From the NCBI GenBank assembly GCA_003568415.1, contig PWXV01000336.1, positions 69,774-133,773 on the forward strand: a stretch of 64,000 bases of DNA, given 5' to 3'. The notes beneath the pieces were generated by a model. That model saw only the letters and a program-made list of their open reading frames with translations, did not search any database and had not been told where the DNA came from. The position numbers were made by a program, and so were the translations under genes. Numbering within the stretch: the first letter of the stretch is position 1; each line of letters starts with the position of its first letter. This document shows positions 10,632-20,100 of the stretch, piece by piece. Source of the DNA: Ignavibacteriales bacterium. Its GTDB lineage: Bacteria > Bacteroidota > Ignavibacteria > T3Sed10-11.

Positions 10632-12056
10632 ATGGAATTTAACCCGACAGATATTTTACATATTCTACCGATCATTATCGTTACTGCGACGGCGCTGGCA
10701 ATATTACTTCTTGAAATTACCATTAAACGTGCTGAGCCGGTAGTTTTTATCTTCAGTATTGCCGGCTTACTTGCCGCTATGGTATCGGCAATATATCTGT
10801 ATCCGATACGCGAAGCTGCATTTTACGATATGGTCAATGTCGGCGGTTTTGCAAGCTTCTTTCACGTTATATTTTTAATTATAACGATATTAACATTCTT
10901 AATTTCCCGCCAGTACATTGAGCGCATGGGTATATACCACAGTGAATACTATGCAATGATTCTCTTCTCGCTTGTGGGTATGATGCTGATCGCCTCATCG
11001 CGTGATTTACTGATGCTCTTCATCGGCATTGAATTGATGTCGATAAGCTTTTATGTTCTTGCCGGATTTATGCGCCGGAGGTTAACGTCGAATGAAGCTG
11101 CACTAAAATATTTTCTGTTGGGGGCGTTTGCGACAGGTTTTCTCGTCTATGGTATTGCTTTGATATATGGTTCGGCTGCAACTACAAGTCTTCCCGCAAT
11201 AGCCGGACAACTTGATGAACTATTCAACAGCACCTTGTTCTGGATTGGTGTTGCGTTGCTGACGATGGGCTTTTCATTCAAAGTTGCTTCGGTACCCTTT
11301 CATATGTGGGCACCCGATGTGTACGAAGGTGCACCGACAACGATCACCGCGTTTATGTCTACAGCAGGAAAAGCTGCTGCATTCTCCGGTTTTCTTATTG
11401 TTGTTATGTATGCATTCGCCGGTGGAACCGAGAAGCTGCAGGATCTCTTTGCAATACTTGCTGTTGCATCTATGGTGGTAGGAAACGTAATTGCAATAAC
11501 GCAACAGAATCTCAAACGTATGCTTGCGTATTCAAGTATCGCACATGCGGGCTATATGCTCATCGGATTTGCAGCTGCAAGTGAGCTTGGTATGAGCGGT
11601 GTTATGTTTTATGTTGTCGCTTATGGATTTATGAATATCGGTGCATTTGGGGTTTTGTCTATGGTGGAATACGGCGAGAATAAAAATCTGACTTTCGACG
11701 AGTATAAGGGGTTTGCTTCGCGGAAGCCGTTATTAGCAGCCTTGATGGCGATATTTATGTTCTCATTGTCGGGAATCCCGCCGTTTGCCGGTTTCTTTGG
11801 CAAATATTACATTTTTATAGCGGCTATTCAGGAGGGATATACCTGGCTTGCCATCGTAGGCGTTCTCGCAAGTGTCGTCGGGGTTTATTATTATATACGG
11901 GTCATAATATATATGTATTTTTATGATGGAGATGTGACGCTCGAAGCGGAGCCGTCATATATTGGTATAACGGCACTTGTTATATCAGCCATCGCAGTGT
12001 TACAAATGGGTATTCTTCCAACAACAGTATTGCGTTTAACGACCGGATTGTTCTGA
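10632..12056 (+). CDS. nuoN: NADH-quinone oxidoreductase subunit N.
   Basis: ND2 family (MWAPDVYEGAPTTITAFMSTAGKAAAF). Confidence 0.9.
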   Translation: MEFNPTDILHILPIIIVTATALAILLLEITIKRAEPVVFIFSIAGLLAAMVSAIYLYPIREAAFYDMVNVGGFASFFHVIFLIITILTFLISRQYIERMGIYHSEYYAMILFSLVGMMLIASSRDLLMLFIGIELMSISFYVLAGFMRRRLTSNEAALKYFLLGAFATGFLVYGIALIYGSAATTSLPAIAGQLDELFNSTLFWIGVALLTMGFSFKVASVPFHMWAPDVYEGAPTTITAFMSTAGKAAAFSGFLIVVMYAFAGGTEKLQDLFAILAVASMVVGNVIAITQQNLKRMLAYSSIAHAGYMLIGFAAASELGMSGVMFYVVAYGFMNIGAFGVLSMVEYGENKNLTFDEYKGFASRKPLLAALMAIFMFSLSGIPPFAGFFGKYYIFIAAIQEGYTWLAIVGVLASVVGVYYYIRVIIYMYFYDGDVTLEAEPSYIGITALVISAIAVLQMGILPTTVLRLTTGLF

Positions 12057-12060
12057 ATTT

Positions 12061-13623
12061 ATGCAACTAATTGCCTCAGCAGTGGAGATGCGGGGATGTG
12101 ATGAAGAAGCAATACAGCGGTACGGTATTCCCGGAATTATATTAATGGAGAACGCCGCACGCGGTACTGCCGATGCAATGCATGCTCACATTACCTCACT
12201 TTCCCAAAAACATATTTTAATTATCTGCGGAAAAGGCAACAACGGTGGAGATGGATTCGCACTCGCACGTCATCTTTTTGAGCGTGGATGTACCGTCACG
12301 GTAGGAACACTTTCTCCGATAAATCAACTTAAAGGTGATGCACGTGTTAATGCCGATATTATTAAAAAAATAAGCCGGAGTGATTCATCCGGAAAAATCA
12401 CGCTTGTAACATCAATTACCCGTCAGAAACTTGAAGATCTCCCGCCGGTTGATGTAGTTGTGGATGCAATACTCGGTACTGGTTTTAAAGGAAAACTAAA
12501 ACCAAAAGTTGCTTCTATAGTTGCATGGATGAATAATTTACCGGCAACCCGTGTGGCGATTGATATACCATCGGGAGTTGATGCAGATTCAGGTAACGCT
12601 GAAGGTATTACGGTTCAGGCGGATATCACGTGTACTATGGGACTGCTAAAAACAGGTCTCCTTTTCTCACCGGGGCGTGATGCAGCAGGTAAAATTATTT
12701 GTGTTGATATTCAGATTCCCCCTGAAGTGTTTCGTCTTGCAAATATAAAAACATATATCGTGGATGAGCACGATGTTCGTAATGCTTTTCCGGCACGTGC
12801 ACTTGATGCACACAAGTATCAACTCGGGAAAGTATTTGTACTTGCCGGATCGACCGGTTTAACCGGTGCTGCTGCATTAACCTCGACAAGCGCTTTGAGG
12901 AGCGGGGCAGGAGCTGTTGTTCTTGGTATTCCAGAAACTTTTAATCTGATGATGGAAAAGAAATTAACTGAAGTAATGACATTACCTCTTGCAGATGATG
13001 GTTCGGGAGTGTTGCATGGTTCTGCGTGGGATCAGATAAAAGAACAAAGTAAGTGGGCAGATGTAATAGCAGCGGGCCCGGGATTATCAAGATCAGATGA
13101 TGTTAAAGAAATTGTCGTGCGCTTGATAAGAGAAGTGGAAAAACCAGTTGTTCTTGATGCGGATGCCTTGAATGTCCTGTCAGGGAGCGACTCATTATTA
13201 TCGAAACGGAAAGCGCCGGTTATTATAACCCCTCATACTGGTGAATTCTCACGTTTATCCGGTATCAGTAATGAAGCGATAAAAAATGAACGTATTTCTG
13301 TCGCTCAACGTTATGCACGTATGCGTAAGATTACATTAGTATTAAAAGGCGGTCCCTCGATAGTTGCATCAAAAGATGGTAACCTTTATATTAACCAAAC
13401 CGGAAATCCCGGGATGGCGACTGCAGGTGCTGGAGATGTTTTAACCGGAATAATTGCCGGCTTGTGGGCGCAGGGGATGACGGAAGACGCGGCAGCGTAT
13501 TGTGGTGCATATATTCACGGAGCTGCCGGAGATGCAGCGGCATTGAAATATGGTTACCAGGCAATGACCGCAGGAGATATTCAAGAAGAGTTGTTGAAGG
13601 TATTTAAGGGGATTACAGGTTGA
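12061..13623 (+). CDS. nnr: Bifunctional NAD(P)H-hydrate repair enzyme (epimerase + ADP-dependent dehydratase).
   Basis: YjeF-N motif (ICGKGNNGGDGFALARHL) and YjeF-C carbohydrate-kinase motif (GAGDVLTGIIAGL). Confidence 0.85.
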   Translation: MQLIASAVEMRGCDEEAIQRYGIPGIILMENAARGTADAMHAHITSLSQKHILIICGKGNNGGDGFALARHLFERGCTVTVGTLSPINQLKGDARVNADIIKKISRSDSSGKITLVTSITRQKLEDLPPVDVVVDAILGTGFKGKLKPKVASIVAWMNNLPATRVAIDIPSGVDADSGNAEGITVQADITCTMGLLKTGLLFSPGRDAAGKIICVDIQIPPEVFRLANIKTYIVDEHDVRNAFPARALDAHKYQLGKVFVLAGSTGLTGAAALTSTSALRSGAGAVVLGIPETFNLMMEKKLTEVMTLPLADDGSGVLHGSAWDQIKEQSKWADVIAAGPGLSRSDDVKEIVVRLIREVEKPVVLDADALNVLSGSDSLLSKRKAPVIITPHTGEFSRLSGISNEAIKNERISVAQRYARMRKITLVLKGGPSIVASKDGNLYINQTGNPGMATAGAGDVLTGIIAGLWAQGMTEDAAAYCGAYIHGAAGDAAALKYGYQAMTAGDIQEELLKVFKGITG

Positions 13624-14036
13624 AGGAAAAGAACAAGGGATTTTGGGTTTATAGCGCCCCGGCAATTTTTTATGGCATTTTAGTTATCATTGCGACGGGA
13701 ACCCCCGGTTCCTACATTCCCTCTATTGGTATTGAGGGACTTGATAAAGTGGTTCATTTCGGAATGCACTTTTTATTTGCCATGCTTGTTCATCGGGCGT
13801 TATTGTATCACGCGAACGGAACAATTATAAAAACGCAAACATTATTGCTGACGGTATTATTTGTTTCCATTTTTGGCATAATTATCGAATGGTACCAGAC
13901 TTTCATTCCCGATCGTCATCCGACTATTGGCGACGGTGTGGCGAATATTCTTGGTGTAATTGTGTATGCATTGCTTTATACAGCCGGTTTATCGCGTATT
14001 TGGCCGGAACGGAGCATTAGAGTTTTACGGAACTAA
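13620..14036 (+). CDS. VanZ-like family membrane protein.
   Basis: VanZ-like TM topology (VVHFGMHFLFAML...). Its TTG start overlaps the nnr stop. Confidence 0.55.
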   Translation: MKEKNKGFWVYSAPAIFYGILVIIATGTPGSYIPSIGIEGLDKVVHFGMHFLFAMLVHRALLYHANGTIIKTQTLLLTVLFVSIFGIIIEWYQTFIPDRHPTIGDGVANILGVIVYALLYTAGLSRIWPERSIRVLRN

Positions 14037-14076
14037 TGAATTTACAGCGTGTTATAGATAGTGTAAGAAAAAATAT

Positions 14077-14105
14077 TTGACAAAACATTCGAATATTGAT
14101 ATATT
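14077..14105 (+). promoter_or_regulatory. Sigma70-like promoter candidate: TTGACA, 17-nt spacer, TATATT. It lies upstream of the tonB-like gene.
   Basis: Exact -35 hexamer TTGACA at 14077-14082 and TATATT at 14100-14105 with 17-nt spacing. An AGGGAG ribosome-binding site precedes the ATG. Confidence 0.45.
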
Positions 14106-14143
14106 TTAAAAAATAACCAGGTAAAACTCCAAAAAATAGGGAG

Positions 14144-14809
14144 TTGATAAATATGGCTAAATTAAAACGAGGTAAGGTACCTGAAGAAGATCTCCGGCTC
14201 AAGTACCCCAAGGTACTTGAGATCAGTCTGATCGTTGCGATAGCGGTTTTTATTATCGCATTCAGATTTCTGCCGGAATGGGAAGGTCCTGAAGGTACCA
14301 TAATCCAGGACCAGGAGCTCGTTGACATCGAGGATGTCGATGTCACAAGACAGGAAGAACGGCCACCACCACCACCGCGTCCGCCGATACCAATTGAAGC
14401 ACCTGGTGATGAGGTGATGGATGATCTCCATTTTGATTGGAGCGAACTTGATCAATATGAAGATGTTCCGCCGCCACCTCCGCCGCAGGATGATGAACCG
14501 GAGGAACAATTCTTCCTGGCAGTGGAAGAGATGCCTGAGATAGTCGGTGGCATCGAATCTATCCAGCGCCGGGTTCGTTACCCTGAGCTTGCAAAACGAG
14601 CTGGTGTTGAGGGTACGGTTTATATCTATGCGTTTGTTAACGAACAAGGTCAGGTAGTCAGAACTGAGATCGTTAACGATCCGGGAGCCGGACTTGGTGA
14701 CGCGGCAGCAGAAGCTGTCCGACAGGCAGAGTTTACCCCCGGAAAACAGCGTGGTCAGCCGGTTCCGGTACGTGTTTCAATACCGGTTCATTTCCGGTTA
14801 GCACGATAA
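14144..14809 (+). CDS. tonB: Energy transducer TonB (N-terminal TM anchor, Pro-rich linker, TonB C-terminal domain).
   Basis: Linker PPPPPRPPIPIE...PPPPPPQDDEPEE, and a C-terminal TonB domain (VRYPELAKRAGVEGTVYIYAFVNEQGQVV...). The start is probably ATG at 14153 (MAKLKRG). Confidence 0.75.
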   Translation: MINMAKLKRGKVPEEDLRLKYPKVLEISLIVAIAVFIIAFRFLPEWEGPEGTIIQDQELVDIEDVDVTRQEERPPPPPRPPIPIEAPGDEVMDDLHFDWSELDQYEDVPPPPPPQDDEPEEQFFLAVEEMPEIVGGIESIQRRVRYPELAKRAGVEGTVYIYAFVNEQGQVVRTEIVNDPGAGLGDAAAEAVRQAEFTPGKQRGQPVPVRVSIPVHFRLAR

Positions 14810-14826
14810 ACATATTACACATAAAA

Positions 14827-14858
14827 CCCCTTATTGATTTTTCAATAGGGGGTTTTTT
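14827..14858 (+). terminator. Rho-independent terminator after tonB.
   Basis: 10-bp stem CCCCUUAUUG / CAAUAGGGGG (with one G-U pair), loop AUUUUU, then UUUUUU. Confidence 0.7.
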
Positions 14859-14867
14859 ATATCAATT

Positions 14868-16106
14868 ATGGAAGTCCAATTATTCCTTTTATTCATTGCA
14901 ACCCTTCTGTTGAGTACGTTATTTTCCGCATCGGAGATTGCGTTTGTTGTTGCGAACAGATTGAAGATAGAAGTACGCGCACGTAAGAAAGTTACCGGTG
15001 CCGAGACAACCCTTGCCTTTACCAGACAACCCGAACGGTATTTTTCCACTTTATTGGTTGGTAATAACATTGCCAATGTTGCCTGCTCATCAATTGCCAC
15101 TGCATTGTTCGGCATTTTTTTTGGGTGGGGGGAATTCACCATACTTGTTATGGTGTCAGTTTCGCTACTCATACTCGGTGAGGTAATACCGAAAACAATT
15201 GCTCGTGATGCAGCCGATTTTGTGGTTATAATATTTGCTTTATTTATCAAATTTATTCGAATTATACTCTATCCTTTAGTTTGGTTGTCTGAAAAATCAT
15301 CACAAGTATTGCTTGGTATATTTAATATCAAATCTGAGGAAGTTAAACATTTTTTCTCACGCAGTGATTTTAATCAGCTTATTCGTGAGAGCAGCGAGAG
15401 CGGTGGAGTTGATACCGAAGACGGAACTATGATCGTAAAGGCAATATCGCTTGCCGACCAGCCGGTTCGCGAAGTCATGATCCCGCGTACAGAAATTGTT
15501 GCGGTTGATCAGTCGGCAACAATGCAGGAGCTAATCCGCATATTTCGCAGGTCGGGATTTTCAAGACTTCCGGTGTATAAGGATACGCTCGATCAGATCG
15601 TCGGGATTGTGTATGCCCATGATCTCTTTCAACGCCCGCGATCGCTCAAGAATATTATCCGGGAAGTTTTCTTTGTTCCCGAATCCAAAAAGAGTGCTGA
15701 TTTGTTGCGCGAGTTTAGACAACGGGGTATTACAATCGCAATTGTCGTTGATGAATACGGCGGGACGGCAGGCATTGTAACTACCGAAGACCTCATCGAA
15801 GAATTGGTGGGGGAAATCCATGATGAGTTTGATGTTGAAGAAATAGTCTGTGAAAAAGTAAACGACACATCATATCTGTTAAGCGGACGGGTGGAGATAG
15901 ATCATCTCAATGAAAAATTTAATCTTGAAATCCCGTACGGTGAATATGAAACAATTGCTGGGTTTGTCATGCATGCAGCCGGTAAAATTCCAAGACAAGG
16001 AGATGTTATCCGGTATAATTCTTTTACACTGACTATATTGAAGGCAACGAAAAATAAAATTCAACTTGTTCAGCTTGATGTCACACCAGAAAAAACGGAA
16101 CAGTAG
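14868..16106 (+). CDS. HlyC/CorC family transporter (DUF21/CNNM TM domain + 2 CBS domains + CorC_HlyC C-terminal domain).
   Basis: N-terminal 4-TM region, CBS pair (MIPRTEIVAVD...; ITIAIVVDEYGGTAGIVTTEDLIEELVGEI), and a C-terminal transporter-associated domain. Confidence 0.8.
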   Translation: MEVQLFLLFIATLLLSTLFSASEIAFVVANRLKIEVRARKKVTGAETTLAFTRQPERYFSTLLVGNNIANVACSSIATALFGIFFGWGEFTILVMVSVSLLILGEVIPKTIARDAADFVVIIFALFIKFIRIILYPLVWLSEKSSQVLLGIFNIKSEEVKHFFSRSDFNQLIRESSESGGVDTEDGTMIVKAISLADQPVREVMIPRTEIVAVDQSATMQELIRIFRRSGFSRLPVYKDTLDQIVGIVYAHDLFQRPRSLKNIIREVFFVPESKKSADLLREFRQRGITIAIVVDEYGGTAGIVTTEDLIEELVGEIHDEFDVEEIVCEKVNDTSYLLSGRVEIDHLNEKFNLEIPYGEYETIAGFVMHAAGKIPRQGDVIRYNSFTLTILKATKNKIQLVQLDVTPEKTEQ

Positions 16107-16108
16107 TA

Positions 16109-17116
16109 GTGCGAATTATATATTCCATATTCCTTGGTTTTATTATTACCGGTAATATTGTGCCAGGCCATGATGCTGATCTGAATTACGCTCCACATAC
16201 TTCCACCAGTACGGAGGCCGTTGTAGTAAACTTTACCGGTGATTGTATCTTCGATAACCATTTTGAGACCTATGTCGGAGATGACATTGCAAGTGTTTTT
16301 GCCGGGGTGCCGTGGTTTTACCAATCCGATATTAACAAGATCAATCTTGAACATCCGATAACCTTGCATAATGAGCCGGAGGATAAGAAATTTACATTTC
16401 GGATGCATCCTCGATACCTTCGTCTGCTCGAAAAAGGGAACGTAAACCTTGTGAATGCAGCAAACAATCATATCTATGATTTCGGGATCACCGGAATCGA
16501 AGATACTATGGAATATCTCGATTCGGTTAATATTGCTTATGTCGGGATCGGGAAAACCTTGCAAGAGGCACGAGAACCTGTTATATTTAAAGTTAAGGAT
16601 AAGACGCTCGGTTTTCTTGGCTATTTCGGCGGAGCAGGACAATTTGCCGCAAGCGATACCTCGTCCGGACTTGCTCCGAGATATCCGTCGTTTATTTTTC
16701 AGGATATCAGAAACCTCCGTCCAAAAGTAGATTATGTTATTGTCTCCTTTCATTGGGGAATTGAAAGTGAGCGTTATCCTGAAGAATGGCAAACAGAACT
16801 GGGTAGAGCATGTATAGATGCTGGTGCCGATCTCGTCGTCGGGCATCATCCTCACGTCTTGCAGGGTATCGAACAATACAACGGAGGCGTGATTGCATAC
16901 TCACTTGGTAATTTTATTTTTGGGGGAAGATACAGACCGGTGTATGACACCATAGTTCTCCAGGTTATGTTTAGTGATGAAATGGTGGTTCGACCGATTC
17001 CGGTTCGGATTAATAGGTGGCGGGTAATGAACCTGGATGGTGGATCAGCACAAGCTGTTATGGATACACTTCGCGTGTATTCGAGTACCTTTCCGGTCAG
17101 CATTTTTGACGAGTAA
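16109..17116 (+). CDS. CapA/PGA_cap family metallophosphatase-like protein (poly-gamma-glutamate capsule-synthesis family).
   Basis: Motifs NAANNHIYDFG, VSFHWGIE, VVGHHPHVLQGIE and YSLGNFIFG. The listed start is GTG. Confidence 0.7.
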   Translation: MRIIYSIFLGFIITGNIVPGHDADLNYAPHTSTSTEAVVVNFTGDCIFDNHFETYVGDDIASVFAGVPWFYQSDINKINLEHPITLHNEPEDKKFTFRMHPRYLRLLEKGNVNLVNAANNHIYDFGITGIEDTMEYLDSVNIAYVGIGKTLQEAREPVIFKVKDKTLGFLGYFGGAGQFAASDTSSGLAPRYPSFIFQDIRNLRPKVDYVIVSFHWGIESERYPEEWQTELGRACIDAGADLVVGHHPHVLQGIEQYNGGVIAYSLGNFIFGGRYRPVYDTIVLQVMFSDEMVVRPIPVRINRWRVMNLDGGSAQAVMDTLRVYSSTFPVSIFDE

Positions 17117-17121
17117 GTATA

Positions 17122-20100
17122 ATGGGGAACAAAAAAATATACAATTCAAAGCAGCAGAAATTTGAAGATCTGCCGACAGCCGTGGTAGAATGTACGAGCC
17201 GTACCATATATTATGCAAATAGGGCTGCCATCAGTTTATTCAATCATTCCGGTAAAATTCCAACGACACTTGCGATGTTCTTTGGTGAACAAACCGCAAA
17301 AAAAATCAGAAAAATTCTTCGCGACAAGAGTAAGCATGGGGAGATTGTCACGATACAGGATAAGGTGTTTGATGTAAAACTTAAGAACGCAGCGACGGAA
17401 TCGAATCGTCGGGAACTGTATCTCACCGATATCACAAATGTATACCGGCAGCTCGATCGGGAAAAGCAATCGATCGGAGTTTTTCAAACCATTGTTGAGA
17501 ACTCCGAAGATGGTATTAGTATCGTCGAGAAAGATCGCTTAGTATACGTTAATAACAAATTTCTGGAATTGTACGGGTATTCCGAGCCCGGACAATTAAT
17601 CGGCAAACCGCTTACCGTTGTTGTCGCGCCAGAAGATCAGGAACGTGTTCTGGCAACGAGTCACTCTCGACAACGGGGGCGGGATACACCTTTTATCTAT
17701 GATTTCAAAGGCAAAAAACAGCATGGTGAGATAATTGAAATAGAGGTTGCCGCATCACGAATTCAGTACAATGGCAAACACGTTAGCTTGAGTTTTCATC
17801 GCGATGTTACCGAACGGAATATGCTTGAGAAACAGTTGATTGAGTCGGAAGAATTCCGTGAGAATGTATTCTCGAGTTTAGAGCATGGTGTTGTAGTATT
17901 CGATACATCATTATCCTGTATTGATTGGAATCACCAGATGCAATATTTTACCGGTCTTGATCGGTCTGAAGCGATAGGAATGCACGCCCGTCAAATATTT
18001 AAAAAATTCAAGGATCACGGTGCACTTGAGAAGTTTGACAATGTGTTAACCGGCACAAAAGTATCCTTCGGATATCTTCCCTATCTCCATCCGGTTACAA
18101 AACAGATGAGGTACGCCTGGTTACATCTTTCTCCACTCCTTAATGCAAAAGGGACGGTGCGTGGTATTGTCGGCATACTTTCGGATCTCACTCATCAAAA
18201 ATTTATGCAGGATGAGATTAAAGAATCCGAGACGCTTTTCCGAAACGTTCTTGAAGCTATGGGTGATGCACTCGTACTTACCGATTTACAGGGACGGGTG
18301 CTACGGGTGAACAAAGAGTTTGAACGCATTACCGGATATCGGGAAGATGAAGCCCTCGGCCAAACAATACCGTATTCCTGGTTTTATGAACCGGACACTT
18401 CACGCTTTGTTGTCTGGATTTCAGAATTGCGTGAAAAGAACTACCTGCACGATTTCGATATTCGCTGGAAGAGTAAATCCAATGAGATCATACCTGTGAG
18501 TTTGAATACAACATTGTTACGGAATAAGGAGGGTGATCCCGTTGCAATGCTCAATATTGCACGCAATATTACTGACCGCAAAAAATTAGAAACTGAATTA
18601 CAGAATCGCACTCAACAAATCGAACTTATTAACCGTGTCATTAGTAAAGCTAATGAAACAATTGAAATTAACGATTTGCTTGATACGCTAAACCATGAAC
18701 TTCGTCAACTTATCGAGTTTGACCGGTTTGGTATAATATTATTGCGTGGTTTGGACTCGGTGGAAGAAGTTGCGTTTACCACCGATGATGATAATGGAAA
18801 GAGCAAGCGAGAGGAACATACCGGAACCAATACATCGCTCGGTATCGATATTCGAAGCTGGGGAAAACCATATACCTCAAATAATCTGCTCGGTGAATCG
18901 TTTGAAAAACTCAATTTACCGCTTGTAAACATGGGCTACAAATCACTTGTAGCTGTACCGATATATACAAAAGATACATTTCTCGGAATTCTCTATCTCG
19001 CTATGCGAGAAGCAAACGGCTTCATCGGAAATGAGATATCTCTCCTGCAACCAATATGTGAGCAAATCGGATTAATCGTCGATAAACTCAACCTGTTTAC
19101 ACGGGTCCGTGACGATGCCCAGTATATTCACAACCTGTTGTATTCGATGGATGATATTGTTTTCACGGTCAATACCGATCTCGTCATTACCGAATCGAAT
19201 ACCCCGTTGAATGAATTCCCGTTTACCGATAAAAGAAGGGTGAGGAATAAACAGAAAACTCTTATAGGTCAACCGTTGTACGATGTAGTCAAAAAAGCAC
19301 CGTATAGGGAAGGTATCGAACAGGTTGTATCGGCGTTGTTTTCAGAAAACATAACAATTTATAACACCGAGTTCACCTATGCCTTTAATGGAGAGGACAA
19401 ATTTTATCAACTGCGCATTAATCCTATGAAGATCGAAGGCCGTATTGTGGGGTTGGTCTTTACTCATACGGATATCACCGCGCTTAAAAAAACCGAGGAA
19501 GAGTTGAAGCGGCGTAACCGCGATCTTATAGAGTTAAACGAAATCTCAGCGATACTGACAAAGTCGCTTAATCTCAATGAAGTATATACTATAACACTTG
19601 ATAAGATTTTAAAGATATTTAAAGCCTCGATTGTTACGGTGTATCTAATTGAAGACGAGAAAACACATTTGTCTGGCTATATCGGGGAACTCACCAAAAG
19701 CGAAGTACGTGAGGTAGAAAAGATCGATATATCCAATAGTGTAATCGGAGAAGTGTTACGGGCGGAGCAATCGGTTACGATTTCGGATGGTCTGGATAAG
19801 TATCCGAACCTATCTGCAAAGTGGCGCCCCATTATCGACAAATATAATCTACAGGCAAGTGTTGTCATTCCATTGACAGTCCAAAAGAATGTACTTGGTG
19901 TTCTGAGTGTTGAATTCAATCATCGGCGAAAACTCTCAAATCAGGAAATGCACCTTCTCCAGCTTATAAGCAATCAGCTCAGTGCAGCCATTGAGAACAT
20001 TCGTCTGTATAAAAACCTTCAGGCACGCGTCAATGATCTTACCATTCTTGCATCGCTTGGTAATATATATGCATCCTCGCTCGATATACATGAAATAGCA

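Noticed and set aside
14340-14500. Proline-codon repeats (CCACCACCACCGCGTCCGCC...) that could be mistaken for a tandem DNA repeat or CRISPR-like array.
   Set aside because: They encode the in-frame Pro-rich linker of TonB. There is no spacer-repeat periodicity.
16070-16876. 268-aa minus-strand ORF antisense to the CapA-family gene.
   Set aside because: It overlaps a + strand CDS with clear family motifs and has no recognisable domain, so it is a shadow ORF.
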